Positions 47,903 through 60,313 are shown, numbered from the stretch's first letter. The stretch: DNA of 64,000 nt from an uncultured Gemmatimonadaceae bacterium (GCA_963761305.1 CAVXGK010000001.1:160001-224000); one strand, 5' to 3'. A program made the numbers and translations. Notes: generated by a model from the letters alone, not told the origin.

Positions 47903-50323
47903 CTAGTCGACGCCGAGGAAATGGCGCACGGCGGCGAGCACCTGATCGCGGTCGCTGACGAAGACCCAGTGGTGCGCCCCGTGAATCTCGATCACCGTGC
48001 CGTGCTCGACTTCGCGCCTGAACTGCGCGCGTGACAGGCGGTCGACGCGATCCAGACCGCGAATGATGTCCTGCCAGGTCGCCGCGTGCGCGACGTCGGC
48101 CCGCTGCCACGGCTCGAGTTGTGTGATGGTGTCGGTCACCGCGTAGATCGCCAGTGCCGGTTCTTTCACCTTCGAATAGTTCGGGTGCTCCGGCGCGATC
48201 GACTGATAGGCGTTGGTGATCTCCTCGCGCCAGCCGTCGTAAATGAACCGCACGCGAATGTCCGACTCCGGGATGTTGACGCCTCGCACGCGATGCACGA
48301 ACGCGACGTACGCAGCCGGGCTCGCGGTGTCGGCGGCGGTCGGTTCAGGACGTCCCGGCACGTTCGGCGGGATGGGAAAGATCTCCTGCAATCGTGCGTC
48401 GGCCGTCACGCGATCGTACGCCGCGTCGAGGTAGACCAGCTTGTCGACGAGCGCGGGATACGCGCCGGCCAAACGCGTCATCTCTTCGCCGGCGATCGAA
48501 TGGCCGATGATCGTCACTCGGCCGAGGTGCAGCGCGTCAATCGCGGCGCGAATGTCCTCGGCGAGTCGCGGCATGTCGTAGCCAGACTCGGGGTGATCGG
48601 ATTCGCCGAACCCGCGGCGCGTGAGCGCGACGACGTGAAACTTGTCGGTGAGGCGCGGCGCGAAGTCGTCGAACGAATGCGCCGTGTTGCCGAGCCCGGC
48701 GAGGAAGAGAATCGTCGGGCCCGTGCCGCCGAAGTCGAGATAGTGCAGCCGCACGTCGCGCGCGACGCGCACCATGCCGCTCGTGTGGTGCGTCGTGTCG
48801 CGCCACGCGTCGCCACGGGCACCCGGCTGCGCGGTCGCCGGAGCGCGGACGGCACCGAGCGCCAGCGCGCTCAGTGCGGCCGCGACAACTGTGCGATTAG
48901 GGAACGACCTTCCCCCCCCCGACGACATCTCTTTGACGAGACGATAGAGGAATTCCTCGCTGTCGTAGTACGACTTGATCAACACGCGCTCGTCCTTGCC
49001 GTGGGCGCGGTTGTCGTTGGGATCGCCGAACAGACCGGAAACGCCGTATCCCGCGATGCCGACGGCGCGCAGGTATTTGCTGTCCGTCGCGCCGGTGCCC
49101 ATCGTCGGAATCACCAGGACGTCGGGGCCGAACATGTCGCGCGTGACCTTCTCGATCGGACGCATGATCTCGGGCGACAGCGGCGACGGCGCGGCGTGCT
49201 CCATGGCGGGCGCTTTGGAGATCGTCACACCCGTGTCGCCGATCGCTTTCATGAGCGACGCGCGCACGTCTTCCGGATCGTGGCCCGGCGCCATGCGACA
49301 GTTGACGTTCGCGCTCGCGGCCTGCGGCAGCGCGTTGCGCGCGTGGCCGCCGGTGAGCATCGTCGCCACGCACGTCGTACGCAGCATGGATCGATAACGC
49401 GGGTCGCGCGAGAGCGTCGCCGAGGCCTTGGCGTCGTTCGGGTTGGCGACGATGGCGCGCATCGCGGCGCCGACTTCCGGCGTCTCGATCGGCGCCGTGC
49501 GGGTGAAGTACTCGCGCGTCACCTCATTCAACATCACGGGAAACTGAAACGTCGCGATGTGCGTGAGCGCCTGCGCGAGCTGGTAGATCGCGTTGTCGTC
49601 TCGCGGGACGGACGAGTGGCCGCCGCGATTTTCCGTCGACACGGTGAAGTTGGCCGACACCTTCTCCGCGGCGCCGATCGAGTTGATGAACGGCTTGCCG
49701 TCGCGCAGCGCGCCGCCGCCGCCTTCGTTGAGCGCGTACGCCGCGTCGATGAGCTCGCGGTGGTTGGCGATCAGCCATCGCACGCCGTTCGATCCGCCGC
49801 CCTCTTCGTCGGCGGTCAGCGCGAGGATGATGTCGCGGTCGGGAACGTAGTGTTCTTGCTTGAAGCGCAGCAGCGTGGCGATGAAGATCGACGCCATCGC
49901 CTTGTCGTCACCTGAGCCGCGCCCGTAGTAGTAGCCGTCGCGCTCCGTGAAGACGAAGGGATCGAGATCGGCCGACCAGTCCTTTTTGAGTGCCGCCACG
50001 ACGTCGAGGTGTGCGAGCAGCATGAGCGGCTTCCGCCCGCTCGAGCCCGAGCCGTGGTATCGGACGACGATGTTGCCCTTGTCCGGCCTCGGGCCACCGA
50101 GGAAGATGTCGGACTCCGAGAACCCCGCATCGCGCAATCGCTTCGCGACTGCGTTCGCCGCGACAGTCGTGCTGCCGACGGAGTCGACGGTGTTGATCTC
50201 GACCAGCTCTTTGTAGATGTCGTGCGCGAGCTTTTGCTCCGTGCGGAGCGGCGCACCCTGCTGATACTGGGCGGCGAGCGTGGCGGGAAGAGCGAGGGCA
50301 GCGAGCGCGACCGCGAGTCGCAT
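47903..50323 (-). CDS. M20-family metallopeptidase fused in frame to an alpha/beta hydrolase
   Basis: AHLDVV, GRGSGDDK, ADEEGG, NEGG, HGKDER; then HYLDFGG, TRRGFGES, GHSIAG. Confidence 0.85.
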   Translation of the reverse strand: MRLAVALAALALPATLAAQYQQGAPLRTEQKLAHDIYKELVEINTVDSVGSTTVAANAVAKRLRDAGFSESDIFLGGPRPDKGNIVVRYHGSGSSGRKPLMLLAHLDVVAALKKDWSADLDPFVFTERDGYYYGRGSGDDKAMASIFIATLLRFKQEHYVPDRDIILALTADEEGGGSNGVRWLIANHRELIDAAYALNEGGGGALRDGKPFINSIGAAEKVSANFTVSTENRGGHSSVPRDDNAIYQLAQALTHIATFQFPVMLNEVTREYFTRTAPIETPEVGAAMRAIVANPNDAKASATLSRDPRYRSMLRTTCVATMLTGGHARNALPQAASANVNCRMAPGHDPEDVRASLMKAIGDTGVTISKAPAMEHAAPSPLSPEIMRPIEKVTRDMFGPDVLVIPTMGTGATDSKYLRAVGIAGYGVSGLFGDPNDNRAHGKDERVLIKSYYDSEEFLYRLVKEMSSGGGRSFPNRTVVAAALSALALGAVRAPATAQPGARGDAWRDTTHHTSGMVRVARDVRLHYLDFGGTGPTILFLAGLGNTAHSFDDFAPRLTDKFHVVALTRRGFGESDHPESGYDMPRLAEDIRAAIDALHLGRVTIIGHSIAGEEMTRLAGAYPALVDKLVYLDAAYDRVTADARLQEIFPIPPNVPGRPEPTAADTASPAAYVAFVHRVRGVNIPESDIRVRFIYDGWREEITNAYQSIAPEHPNYSKVKEPALAIYAVTDTITQLEPWQRADVAHAATWQDIIRGLDRVDRLSRAQFRREVEHGTVIEIHGAHHWVFVSDRDQVLAAVRHFLGVD

Positions 50324-50380
50324 CGAAGGCTCCGGCGAGGGTGGCCGGAAGTGTACGACGCGAATCGAAAGGCGTGAAGA

Positions 50381-50494
50381 TGTCCGACATCGGACGTCAG
50401 ACCGTTCGTCGTGCGGCGGCGCTCCGGGCGGAAGCGACGCTCACCTCGTCACGCCTGGTCTGACGTCCGATATCTGATGTCGGACGTCCGATTT
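50381..50494. repeat. 7-bp periodic inverted repeat (REP-like)
   Basis: GACATCGGACGTCAGACC ... GGTCTGACGTCCGATATC plus extra heptamer copies. Confidence 0.75.
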
Positions 50495-50554
50495 CGAGAC
50501 CGCAGCCGTACGCCGCCAGGCGAGACAGACCTCAGAGTGGCCGCGATCCCAGCG

Positions 50555-50845
50555 TCAGCCCGCGCCGAGTCGCTTCCGGATGTCTCGCGCCCCTGACGAC
50601 ACGCCGAGCGCGACCGACAACCCGAACAACAACGCTGTCCCTGTCCCGATGAGCGGCAGAATCGCCGCGACGGGCCACGCCACGATCGCCGCGCCGATGC
50701 CGGCGAGCACGGGCACCAGCGCGTTCTGCACCGCGTCCACGTACTGGAGCTTGTTCACGGTAAAGCGACGGGACGCCCAGAAGCCGATCGCGGTGGCCGC
50801 GAGCGTCATGGCGAGTCCGGTGATGGAGCCGAGGAAGTGGAACAC
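50555..50845 (-). CDS. Small membrane protein (~3 TM)
   Basis: GGAGG 5 nt before GTG; hydrophobic helices. Confidence 0.75.
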   Translation of the reverse strand: MFHFLGSITGLAMTLAATAIGFWASRRFTVNKLQYVDAVQNALVPVLAGIGAAIVAWPVAAILPLIGTGTALLFGLSVALGVSSGARDIRKRLGAG

Positions 50846-50885
50846 GAGAGCCTCCAAAGGGCACGCGACGTTTCTCGTGACTCAA

Positions 50886-50911
50886 TACGTGAATGTAGCT
50901 CCGAGGTTTCA
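50886..50911 (-). promoter_or_regulatory. SigW-like ECF promoter
   Basis: TGAAAC-N16-CGTA, 40 bp upstream of the small membrane gene. Confidence 0.6.
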
Positions 50912-51011
50912 GCGGTTTCAGCACGCCGCTAGTCCCGATTGGAGCCGTCCGATAGCTTTGGCTTGGCGGTCCGAGAACGCGTTGCCACCACGCATTACGC
51001 ACGAGAGTTCG

Positions 51012-51316
51012 ATGGTCACGTTGCGCGTCGTCCGGCATGACCGGGATCAGGTGCTCGCGGAGTGTTCGAGCGCGGTCCTCCCGAGTCGCGGCGAAGTGCT
51101 GCAGCTCGACACGCTGGATGATGCGGGCGAAAAGTCCAGACCGAGCACGCTGTGGCGGGTCGTTTCGGTGACGCTGCACGTGCCGTCCCTGGCCTCCTCC
51201 GTGCCCAGCGGTGGCTCGCTCGCCGTCCGAGATGTCGAGGTCGCCGTGCTGCCGGACATCACGCTCGTCCCCGAATTCGCCGCCGCGGCGGAGCGCATCC
51301 TATCCGAGTCGAAGAT

Positions 51317-51320
<4 letters not shown>
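51012..51320 (+). CDS. Hypothetical protein
   Basis: 102-aa ORF whose stop overlaps the kinase GTG start. Confidence 0.65.
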
Positions 51321-53161
<1,841 letters not shown>

Positions 53162-53178
53162 ACGAAGCCGGTGGAACG

Positions 53179-54585
53179 ATGTCGATAGAAAGCGTCAATC
53201 CGGCGACCGGCGAACGGCTCCAGAGCTTCGAGCCGCTGACGTCGTCGGCAATCGAGGAAAAGCTCTCGTGCGCACAGCGCGGCGCGCGCGAGTGGCGGGC
53301 GACGCCGATGGACGACCGAACGCGCGTTCTCCGTCGCGCGGGCGATCTGCTCGACGAGCGTCGCGACGCGTACGGCCGGCTGATGACCAGCGAGATGGGT
53401 AAGACGTTCGCCTCGGCCAAAGACGAAGCGGCCAAATGCGCGACGAGTCTCCGCCTCTACGCCGACCGCGCGCCGGTTTTTCTGGCGAACGAGCCGGTGG
53501 TGGTAGACGGCGAGCGCAGCTACGTCGCCTTCGAGCCGCTCGGCGTCGTGCTCGCGGTGATGCCGTGGAATTTTCCGTTTTGGCAGGTCATCCGGTTCGC
53601 GGGACCGGCGCTCGCGGCGGGAAACGTCGGGCTGCTCAAGCACGCGTCGAACGTGCCCCAGTGCGCGCTGGCGCTCGAGCAACTCTTCCTCGACGCCGGC
53701 GCTCCGGCCGGAGTCTTTCAAACTCTGCTCATCGAGTCGCCGGCCGTGGCGGCGATCATCGGCGACGACCGGGTCGCCGCGGTGACGCTCACCGGGAGCG
53801 AGGCGGCCGGCAGCAGCGTTGGCGCGTCCGCCGGCAAGCACATCAAGAAGACGGTGCTCGAGCTGGGCGGCAGCGATCCGTTCATCGTCATGGAGAGCGC
53901 CGACATCGACGCCGCGGTACGAACCGCCGTCTCCGCGCGCACGATCAACAACGGGCAATCGTGCATCGCGGCGAAGCGCTTCATCGTCGCGCAGCGCATC
54001 GTCGAGGACTTCACGGGGCGCTTCGTCGAGCGCGTGCGCGCGCTCGTCGTCGGAGACCCGATGGATGAGCGCACGAACATCGGACCGTTGGCGACGGCGA
54101 AGATCCGCGACGATCTCCACGCGCAGGTCACGCGATCCGCGAGCGCCGGCGCCAGCCTGCTCGTGGGCGGCACGCCGCGCGCCGGCGAAGGGTTCTACTA
54201 CGAGCCGACCGTCGTTCGCGACGACACGCGGCAGAGCGCGGCGTCGTGCGAAGAGACGTTTGGTCCGGTGGCGGTGATCATCAGCGTTCGGGACACGAGC
54301 GACGCGATCGCCGTCGCCAACGACACGCGCTTCGGCCTCGGCGCCGCCGCGTGGACGCGCGACGAAAAGGAGATCGAGCGGTTCGCCCGCGAGCTGGACG
54401 CGGGCAGTGTCTTCATCAACGGGATGGTCGCGTCCGACGCGCGATTCCCGTTCGGCGGCGTCAAGAAATCCGGTTACGGCCGCGAGCTGGGCGTCTTTGG
54501 CATGCGAGAATTCGTAAACGTGAAAACGGTTCGGATTCGCGACGGCGGGGCACCGGCGGCTGCCGCCAAGGGCGCTACCGAGTAG
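53179..54585 (+). CDS. NAD(P)-dependent succinate-semialdehyde dehydrogenase (GabD1/Sad-like)
   Basis: MPWNFPFWQ, LLKHAS, LELGGSDP, GQSCIAAKR, PFGGVKKSGYGREL. Confidence 0.92.
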   Translation: MSIESVNPATGERLQSFEPLTSSAIEEKLSCAQRGAREWRATPMDDRTRVLRRAGDLLDERRDAYGRLMTSEMGKTFASAKDEAAKCATSLRLYADRAPVFLANEPVVVDGERSYVAFEPLGVVLAVMPWNFPFWQVIRFAGPALAAGNVGLLKHASNVPQCALALEQLFLDAGAPAGVFQTLLIESPAVAAIIGDDRVAAVTLTGSEAAGSSVGASAGKHIKKTVLELGGSDPFIVMESADIDAAVRTAVSARTINNGQSCIAAKRFIVAQRIVEDFTGRFVERVRALVVGDPMDERTNIGPLATAKIRDDLHAQVTRSASAGASLLVGGTPRAGEGFYYEPTVVRDDTRQSAASCEETFGPVAVIISVRDTSDAIAVANDTRFGLGAAAWTRDEKEIERFARELDAGSVFINGMVASDARFPFGGVKKSGYGRELGVFGMREFVNVKTVRIRDGGAPAAAAKGATE

Positions 54586-57500
54586 CTCGGCTCGACGACG
54601 CGTCGGCCGCGCGGAGGGCGATCGTCACCGTGGCGCCGCGACGGCCGTTGGTCGCCCCTTCGACGCTCGGGCTGCGCACCGAGATCGACCCACCCCAACC
54701 TTCGACCAGCTGACGGCTGATCGCCAATCCCAGCCCGCTGCCACTCGTGCGCGTCGAGAAGTGCGGCTCGAAGATGCGCGGCAGGACGTCGGCCGAGATG
54801 CCGTGGCCGTCGTCGCTCACCGTGATCGTGGCGTGGTCGTGGTCGCCACCGCCGTTCGCGTTGTCCACGCGTACGAGGACGCGCAGCGCGCCGGCGAGCC
54901 GCGCGTTTTCGAGAACGTTCAACAGGACTTCCTTGAGCTCGTCGACGCGCGCCATCGCCGTGACGGGGGACTCGTCTCCCTCTTCCACCCAATCGACGTC
55001 GGCGGCCGCGTCGCTGCCGCCCATTCGCTCGAGCGACACCACCTCGCGCACGATCGCCGCGATGTCGACGGCGTCGGGACGCGCGCGCTCGTCGGGCGCG
55101 GCGCCGTAGCGGCTGAACGCGCGCGCGATCTCGTCGAGCCGGTCGATCTCGGTGAGAATCTGATTCACGTTGTGGTCGAGCACGCGGTCGAAGTCCACCC
55201 GCGCGTCGGCGCGGGCACGCCGCAGATGCTGGACGCCGAGCCGGATGGGCGTGAGCGGATTCTTGATCTCGTGCGCGACCTGCCGCGCCATCTCGCCCCA
55301 CGCCAGCACGCGCTGGGCGCGCGCGATCTCGCTCACGTCGTCCACGGTGACGACCGCGCCGCCGCCGCCGCGCCCGAGCCGCGTGAGCGTGCCGCGCAGT
55401 TGTCGCTGGTCCACGCTGATCTCGAAATCGTGCTCGTCGACGTCGCCGCCCAGGAATTCATCCACGCGGTGCGCGAGGTCGGCCGGCGCGATCTCGTCGA
55501 GGCGAAGGCCGGACTTGAGCGCGATGCCCAGCAGTTGTTCCGCGCGCGGATTGGCCAGCGTGATGCGCCGCTCGGCATCGACCGCGACGACGCCGCTGGC
55601 GACGTTTCGGAGCACGGCCGCTGTCCGTCGCTGCGCTTCCTCGAGCGCCGAGCGGCTCGCGTTCAGATCCGACGTCATGCGCCGGAATGCGGCGAACACG
55701 GGAAAGAATTCGACGGTCGGGTCGGGGTCGAGCGGCGGCGTGCGACTGCCGCCGGCGATGGCCAGCGCCGCCTCGCGAAGCTCGCCGATCGGTTTGGCGA
55801 GCTGACGCGCCGCGGCGCCGCTGAGCCAGAACGCCGCCAGCCCGCCGAGCGCGGTGGCGAACAGCACGAGCACGCCGAGGTCGCGCCGTCGTCGTCCGAG
55901 CGGGGCGTCGGTCGCGCGTGCGGGAGCGGCGATCACCGCCGCCGGCGCCGGGATTTCCGTGAGCGAGCGATAGCCGAACAGCGTCGGCGCGTCGCCGATC
56001 GACGTGAGCTCGGTGGCCGACTCCTCGCCGTGCACGGCGAGGGTGAGCTCGAGGTCGGGCGCCAGCAGGCGGCCCGTCGGCGCGAGATCGTCGTAGAGCC
56101 GATCGCTCGTCTGTCGCAATTCCCCGCCGCGATAGACGAAAAGCGGCGTCTCCAGCCGCTCGCTCTCGTCGGCGAGATGCGCCAGCGCCGGAGCCGGCGG
56201 CTCGATGGACCGCAGCGTTTCTCCGACCAGCACCGCCCGCGACTCGAGCGCGTCGGCCGCCAACTGGCCGTATGACCAGATCGCGAATGCCAATCCTGGA
56301 ATGACGAAAAATGCAAACAAGGCGAGCGAGAGCCGCGCCCGATAGCTGCGCCCCAGCGTACGGCGGCGCGCGCGAAGCCAGCGCCCCGCCCCGCCGTCGG
56401 CGATGACCGCGGCCAGCCACACGATGCCCACGACGACCAAATCGAGCAGCACGATGAGGGCGCCTCGCTCGACCAGCGCATCGAGCGGCCGGAGCTCGAC
56501 GTCCACGTGCGCGGGCGTGGCGCCCCGCCCGGTCGCGACGATGCGGTCGCCGTGGAGCTCCGTGCCTTCGCGTCGCCACTTGGTCGGCCCCTTGGTGGTG
56601 TCGGCGCGCGGCAGCAGCGGTCCGCGCAGCCGTACGGCGTACGGCGGCTCGACGTCGCGATCCTCGGAAAGCCCGATGAGCTGCGCGAACGGGTTCAACT
56701 GGAACAGCCGGCTCGGCGGAGCGAGCACGACGCCCGTCGCGCCTCCCGCGGTGGACGGCGCGCCCATCACCAGCTCGACCGCCGTGTCGGTAGCGACCGG
56801 TTGGATGATCACGTTGCCCGTCCTTCGCGCCTGCGCGACGACGCGCGCCACGTCGCCGACGGGATTTGGAATGTCGGCCGTCGCGAACATCGCGACCGCG
56901 CCGGTGTCGGTCGGCCACGCGGAGAGAATGATCGGATTGCCGGCGGCCGCGACGTCCGAGGTGACGTAGTTCTGGAGCAGCGACTCGCGCGACGGCGTCG
57001 CCTCGGTCGAGAGACTCAGTCCAAAGCGCTGGAGCAGCGTCGCGGCGACGGAGTCGACCTGTCCGAGACTCGTGAGATCGTGCTCCGCCGATTCGACGCG
57101 GCCGCGCGCCGTGCGTCCCCAGACGAGCGTCGTCGCGCCGAGCGCGGCGACGGTCGACACGCTCAGCACGACGCGCCGCGAGCGCCGGCTCAACGCCAGC
57201 ATCCCGATGGCGACGATCCACAAAATGGAATACCACCACGGCCAGCGGCCCGGCGCCTGCCACACGACCGGCGCGAGAACGGCCGCCGCCGTTGCGATCA
57301 GCGGCGCCAGCCAGGGCGGCGCACCGCGCCTCGGTCCGAGCACGATCGCTCCCGCCGCCGCGCCGGACAGCAGCACCGAGACCGCGGCCAGAAAGAGCGG
57401 CACTTCCCAGATGAGCCAGAGCGAGGCGTCCACGCCGCGTAGCGGCGTTTGAACGCCGCGCGACAGATCGCGCAACAGGAAGGGTCCGAGCAGCGCCACG

Positions 57501-58642
57501 GCGAGCGTCGTGACCACGGCGGCCCAGCGCGACGTGCGGCGGCGCCCGCGGCGAAACACCGCCAGCACGCCGAGCAAGACGACCGCGCTGGTCATCGCCA
57601 GCGCGGCCGCGTTGCCGGTGAGCGGACCGCCGCGCGACATGAAGTAGACAGCCGGATCGAACAGCCGCCCAAGGTTCGAGTACTGGTTGAGCGGAACGAG
57701 CGCGATGCATGCGAGCCCCACCGCGAGCGCCGCGGCGCGCCGCGACGTGGTTCGCGTCGCGCGCCACACGCCGATCACGAAACACACGAGCGCGACGAGG
57801 AGCGCGACGCCGGCACGCGCGCGCGCCACGTCGGCGATCTGCTGCGTGACTTCGCCTTCGGTGAGCGGCACCGCGCTGACGTCGAAGAGCGGAGTACCGT
57901 TGGCCGGATAGCGCAGCACGTCGGGTCCCGTTGCGCTGTCACTCGGCGGAAGGAATTTGAATTCCTTGAGACCGGAGCGATCGGCGATCGGCTGCGCGAG
58001 CGTCGGCACGAACCGGTCGGCCGGCGGCGCCGCATCGAGCTGCACGGCGACGATCGCGCGGTCGTTGCCACGCCGCTGCGCGAGCTGGAGCGTGAGGTAG
58101 AAGGGCGTAGGGACGATCGTCATGCCGTCGTGGATCTGGTCGATCGGCGCGCGGAAGTCGCCGGCCCACGCGAACGCGCTGTCGCCGCGAAACACGACGA
58201 CGCCGCCGTCATCGAGACCGCGGGCAATCTCGGCGATGTCGCGGAACGCGCGGGTGCGGTCGGACGACACGTCGAGCGCGGCGCGGGCGCGTCGCTCGGC
58301 GTTTTGCGTCGCGTCGTCGAGGTGCCGGCGAAGCGCGCCCAGCCCCCGCGCCGACGCGTCGGCGCGCGACGCATCCCAATCGCGCGTGATCGTGTGCAGC
58401 TCGCGCTGCGCCGCGATCGCGACGATGCCGACGACGACCAGCGCCAGCGAGCACGCGAGCACCCACAGCCGCGAACTTCCCCGCACCGCGAGCGACGTCG
58501 CGACCGTGGCGACGGTGGCGATGAGCAGCAGGATCAGATACTCTACGCTCGGTGCGTGGAGCCATTGGCTCGCGGCAAGCAGCGACAATCCGGCGGCCGC
58601 CGCCCACCACGTCCATCGCGCCGAGGGTCGGCGCTCAGCCAT
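54575..58642 (-). CDS. Large multi-TM sensor histidine kinase (NtrY-like HAMP-PAS-HisKA-HATPase)
   Basis: AWGEMARQVAHEIKNPLTPI, NVLENA, DDGHGI, FEPHFST, GSGLGL. Confidence 0.92.
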   Translation of the reverse strand: MAERRPSARWTWWAAAAGLSLLAASQWLHAPSVEYLILLLIATVATVATSLAVRGSSRLWVLACSLALVVVGIVAIAAQRELHTITRDWDASRADASARGLGALRRHLDDATQNAERRARAALDVSSDRTRAFRDIAEIARGLDDGGVVVFRGDSAFAWAGDFRAPIDQIHDGMTIVPTPFYLTLQLAQRRGNDRAIVAVQLDAAPPADRFVPTLAQPIADRSGLKEFKFLPPSDSATGPDVLRYPANGTPLFDVSAVPLTEGEVTQQIADVARARAGVALLVALVCFVIGVWRATRTTSRRAAALAVGLACIALVPLNQYSNLGRLFDPAVYFMSRGGPLTGNAAALAMTSAVVLLGVLAVFRRGRRRTSRWAAVVTTLAVALLGPFLLRDLSRGVQTPLRGVDASLWLIWEVPLFLAAVSVLLSGAAAGAIVLGPRRGAPPWLAPLIATAAAVLAPVVWQAPGRWPWWYSILWIVAIGMLALSRRSRRVVLSVSTVAALGATTLVWGRTARGRVESAEHDLTSLGQVDSVAATLLQRFGLSLSTEATPSRESLLQNYVTSDVAAAGNPIILSAWPTDTGAVAMFATADIPNPVGDVARVVAQARRTGNVIIQPVATDTAVELVMGAPSTAGGATGVVLAPPSRLFQLNPFAQLIGLSEDRDVEPPYAVRLRGPLLPRADTTKGPTKWRREGTELHGDRIVATGRGATPAHVDVELRPLDALVERGALIVLLDLVVVGIVWLAAVIADGGAGRWLRARRRTLGRSYRARLSLALFAFFVIPGLAFAIWSYGQLAADALESRAVLVGETLRSIEPPAPALAHLADESERLETPLFVYRGGELRQTSDRLYDDLAPTGRLLAPDLELTLAVHGEESATELTSIGDAPTLFGYRSLTEIPAPAAVIAAPARATDAPLGRRRRDLGVLVLFATALGGLAAFWLSGAAARQLAKPIGELREAALAIAGGSRTPPLDPDPTVEFFPVFAAFRRMTSDLNASRSALEEAQRRTAAVLRNVASGVVAVDAERRITLANPRAEQLLGIALKSGLRLDEIAPADLAHRVDEFLGGDVDEHDFEISVDQRQLRGTLTRLGRGGGGAVVTVDDVSEIARAQRVLAWGEMARQVAHEIKNPLTPIRLGVQHLRRARADARVDFDRVLDHNVNQILTEIDRLDEIARAFSRYGAAPDERARPDAVDIAAIVREVVSLERMGGSDAAADVDWVEEGDESPVTAMARVDELKEVLLNVLENARLAGALRVLVRVDNANGGGDHDHATITVSDDGHGISADVLPRIFEPHFSTRTSGSGLGLAISRQLVEGWGGSISVRSPSVEGATNGRRGATVTIALRAADASSSRATR

Positions 58643-58694
58643 CTCGGCGACCTCGACTGCTTGCCTGGACCACGGACCTGAACGACCGGACGAA

Positions 58695-59444
58695 ATGAGT
58701 CAGTTGCCCGCCGTCGACGGTGTGACGTCGCCTCGCCGCCTCAAGCTCATGCACCCGAGCGACGTCGCCGAGGCGATCCAGCTCGATCCGCGGCTGATCG
58801 TCCCCGTCGGCACCTGCGAGCAGCACGGACCGCACATGCCGCTGGGCGCCGATTCGATCATCGTCGAGCGTCTCGCGGACGACCTGTCGATCGAGTCCGG
58901 CGTGCTCGTGGCGCCGACGGTCGAATACGGCGTGAACGTCATCACCGAGCGCGGATACGCCGGCAACGCGTCGCTCAGGAAGAAGACGCTTCACCGCGTT
59001 CTCAACGACCTCATCGACACCTGGGAATCGACCGGGATTCGCGAGTTCATTCTGCTCACCTCGCATGAGCACGATCCGCATCTGGAGGCGCTCTCGACGG
59101 TAATCACTTCCGGGGCGCGCGTGCGAGTCGTCGACGTGTTGAGCGTGGATTTCAGCGACCTGTTGGAGGGGCAGGATGAGCCGATGCACGGCGACGAGGT
59201 CGACACGTCCCTTCTGCTGTATGTCGCCCCGGAGCTCGTCGACCAGAGCCGCGCGCAGGATTATATGATGTCCGAGAACGAGGTGCGACGTTACAGACGC
59301 GGTTGGCTGCGCGTCCCGCGAGCGAGTCCGGGGTCGATCGGTCGCCCGTCGCTGGCGTCCGCGGAGAAGGGTCGAGCGATCTACCAAAGGATTTATACCC
59401 GGATTCGCGACCGGATATTCGTGGCGCCGAAGGTCGAGGCGTGA
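58695..59444 (+). CDS. Creatininase-family amidohydrolase
   Basis: PVGTCEQHGPHMPLGAD, HGDEVDTS, ASAEKG. Confidence 0.88.
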   Translation: MSQLPAVDGVTSPRRLKLMHPSDVAEAIQLDPRLIVPVGTCEQHGPHMPLGADSIIVERLADDLSIESGVLVAPTVEYGVNVITERGYAGNASLRKKTLHRVLNDLIDTWESTGIREFILLTSHEHDPHLEALSTVITSGARVRVVDVLSVDFSDLLEGQDEPMHGDEVDTSLLLYVAPELVDQSRAQDYMMSENEVRRYRRGWLRVPRASPGSIGRPSLASAEKGRAIYQRIYTRIRDRIFVAPKVEA

Positions 59445-59476
59445 ACCAGACGATCTCAGCCGGGTAGGTAACCTCG

Positions 59477-60205
59477 ATGACACACGTCCGTTCCATCGCG
59501 ATTGCGACGTGTCTGACCGCGCTCGTCGTGGCCGCGGGCGCCGGCCGGTTGGCATACGGCGCCGGCGCCACCGCCGCGACCACCCAAGGCATCGTGGTCG
59601 ACGACGGGGCGTTCCGGATCTCGCGCCCCGGCGACACCGCGCCCGAGATCGAGAGCTTCCGGATCCAACGGGGAGACAACGGGCAGCTCGTGGCGACCAG
59701 CCAATTGCGGGCGGGCAGCCACCGGATCAGCTCCCGGCTCATCGCCGACACGATGGGCACGCCGATCTCATACCAGCTCGAGGTCTACGACAACGGCACG
59801 AAGACCTCGGTGGTTCATGCCGACGCCGGGTCGGGGCGCCTGTCGACAGCCGTGTCGAACCAGCGAGGCGACGAATCACAGCGCGACTACCCCATGGGGC
59901 GCGAGCACTCGGTGATTCTCGACGACGACTTGGTGCACCAGATGTATTTTTTAAGGCTGGCCAGCCGAACGGGGTTGGTTCGCGTAATCAGTCCACATGC
60001 GGCCAGCGCGGCCACATTTGTGATCGCTGCCCACGGGTTGGAGCCGATTGACGTCGGCGGCCAGTCGGTGACGGCGACGCACTTCTCGCTGACCAACGGT
60101 GCGGACCGACGCGACGTCTGGCTCGACGCAGAGGGCCGAGTCCTGCGGGTGGAAACGTCCGCCGGGCTCAAGGCCGTTCGCGACGAGCTGCCGTTCAAGC
60201 GTTGA
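59477..60205 (+). CDS. Secreted hypothetical protein (DUF3108/DUF6134-like beta protein)
   Basis: Signal peptide; RDVWLDAEGRVLRVE. Confidence 0.7.
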   Translation: MTHVRSIAIATCLTALVVAAGAGRLAYGAGATAATTQGIVVDDGAFRISRPGDTAPEIESFRIQRGDNGQLVATSQLRAGSHRISSRLIADTMGTPISYQLEVYDNGTKTSVVHADAGSGRLSTAVSNQRGDESQRDYPMGREHSVILDDDLVHQMYFLRLASRTGLVRVISPHAASAATFVIAAHGLEPIDVGGQSVTATHFSLTNGADRRDVWLDAEGRVLRVETSAGLKAVRDELPFKR

Positions 60206-60313
60206 AGCAGGGCCGTCCGGGGGCGGCGCACCAACCACCGGCCCGTCGAGCGGGTCAAAGGTCAAGGAAAGGCGTCTCGACGGAGAACCAGCTCCTTTCG
60301 GGGCGAAACGGGC

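Noticed and set aside
58695..59444. Creatininase as mycofactocin MftE marking a RiPP cluster
   Set aside because: No precursor peptide or radical SAM maturase nearby.
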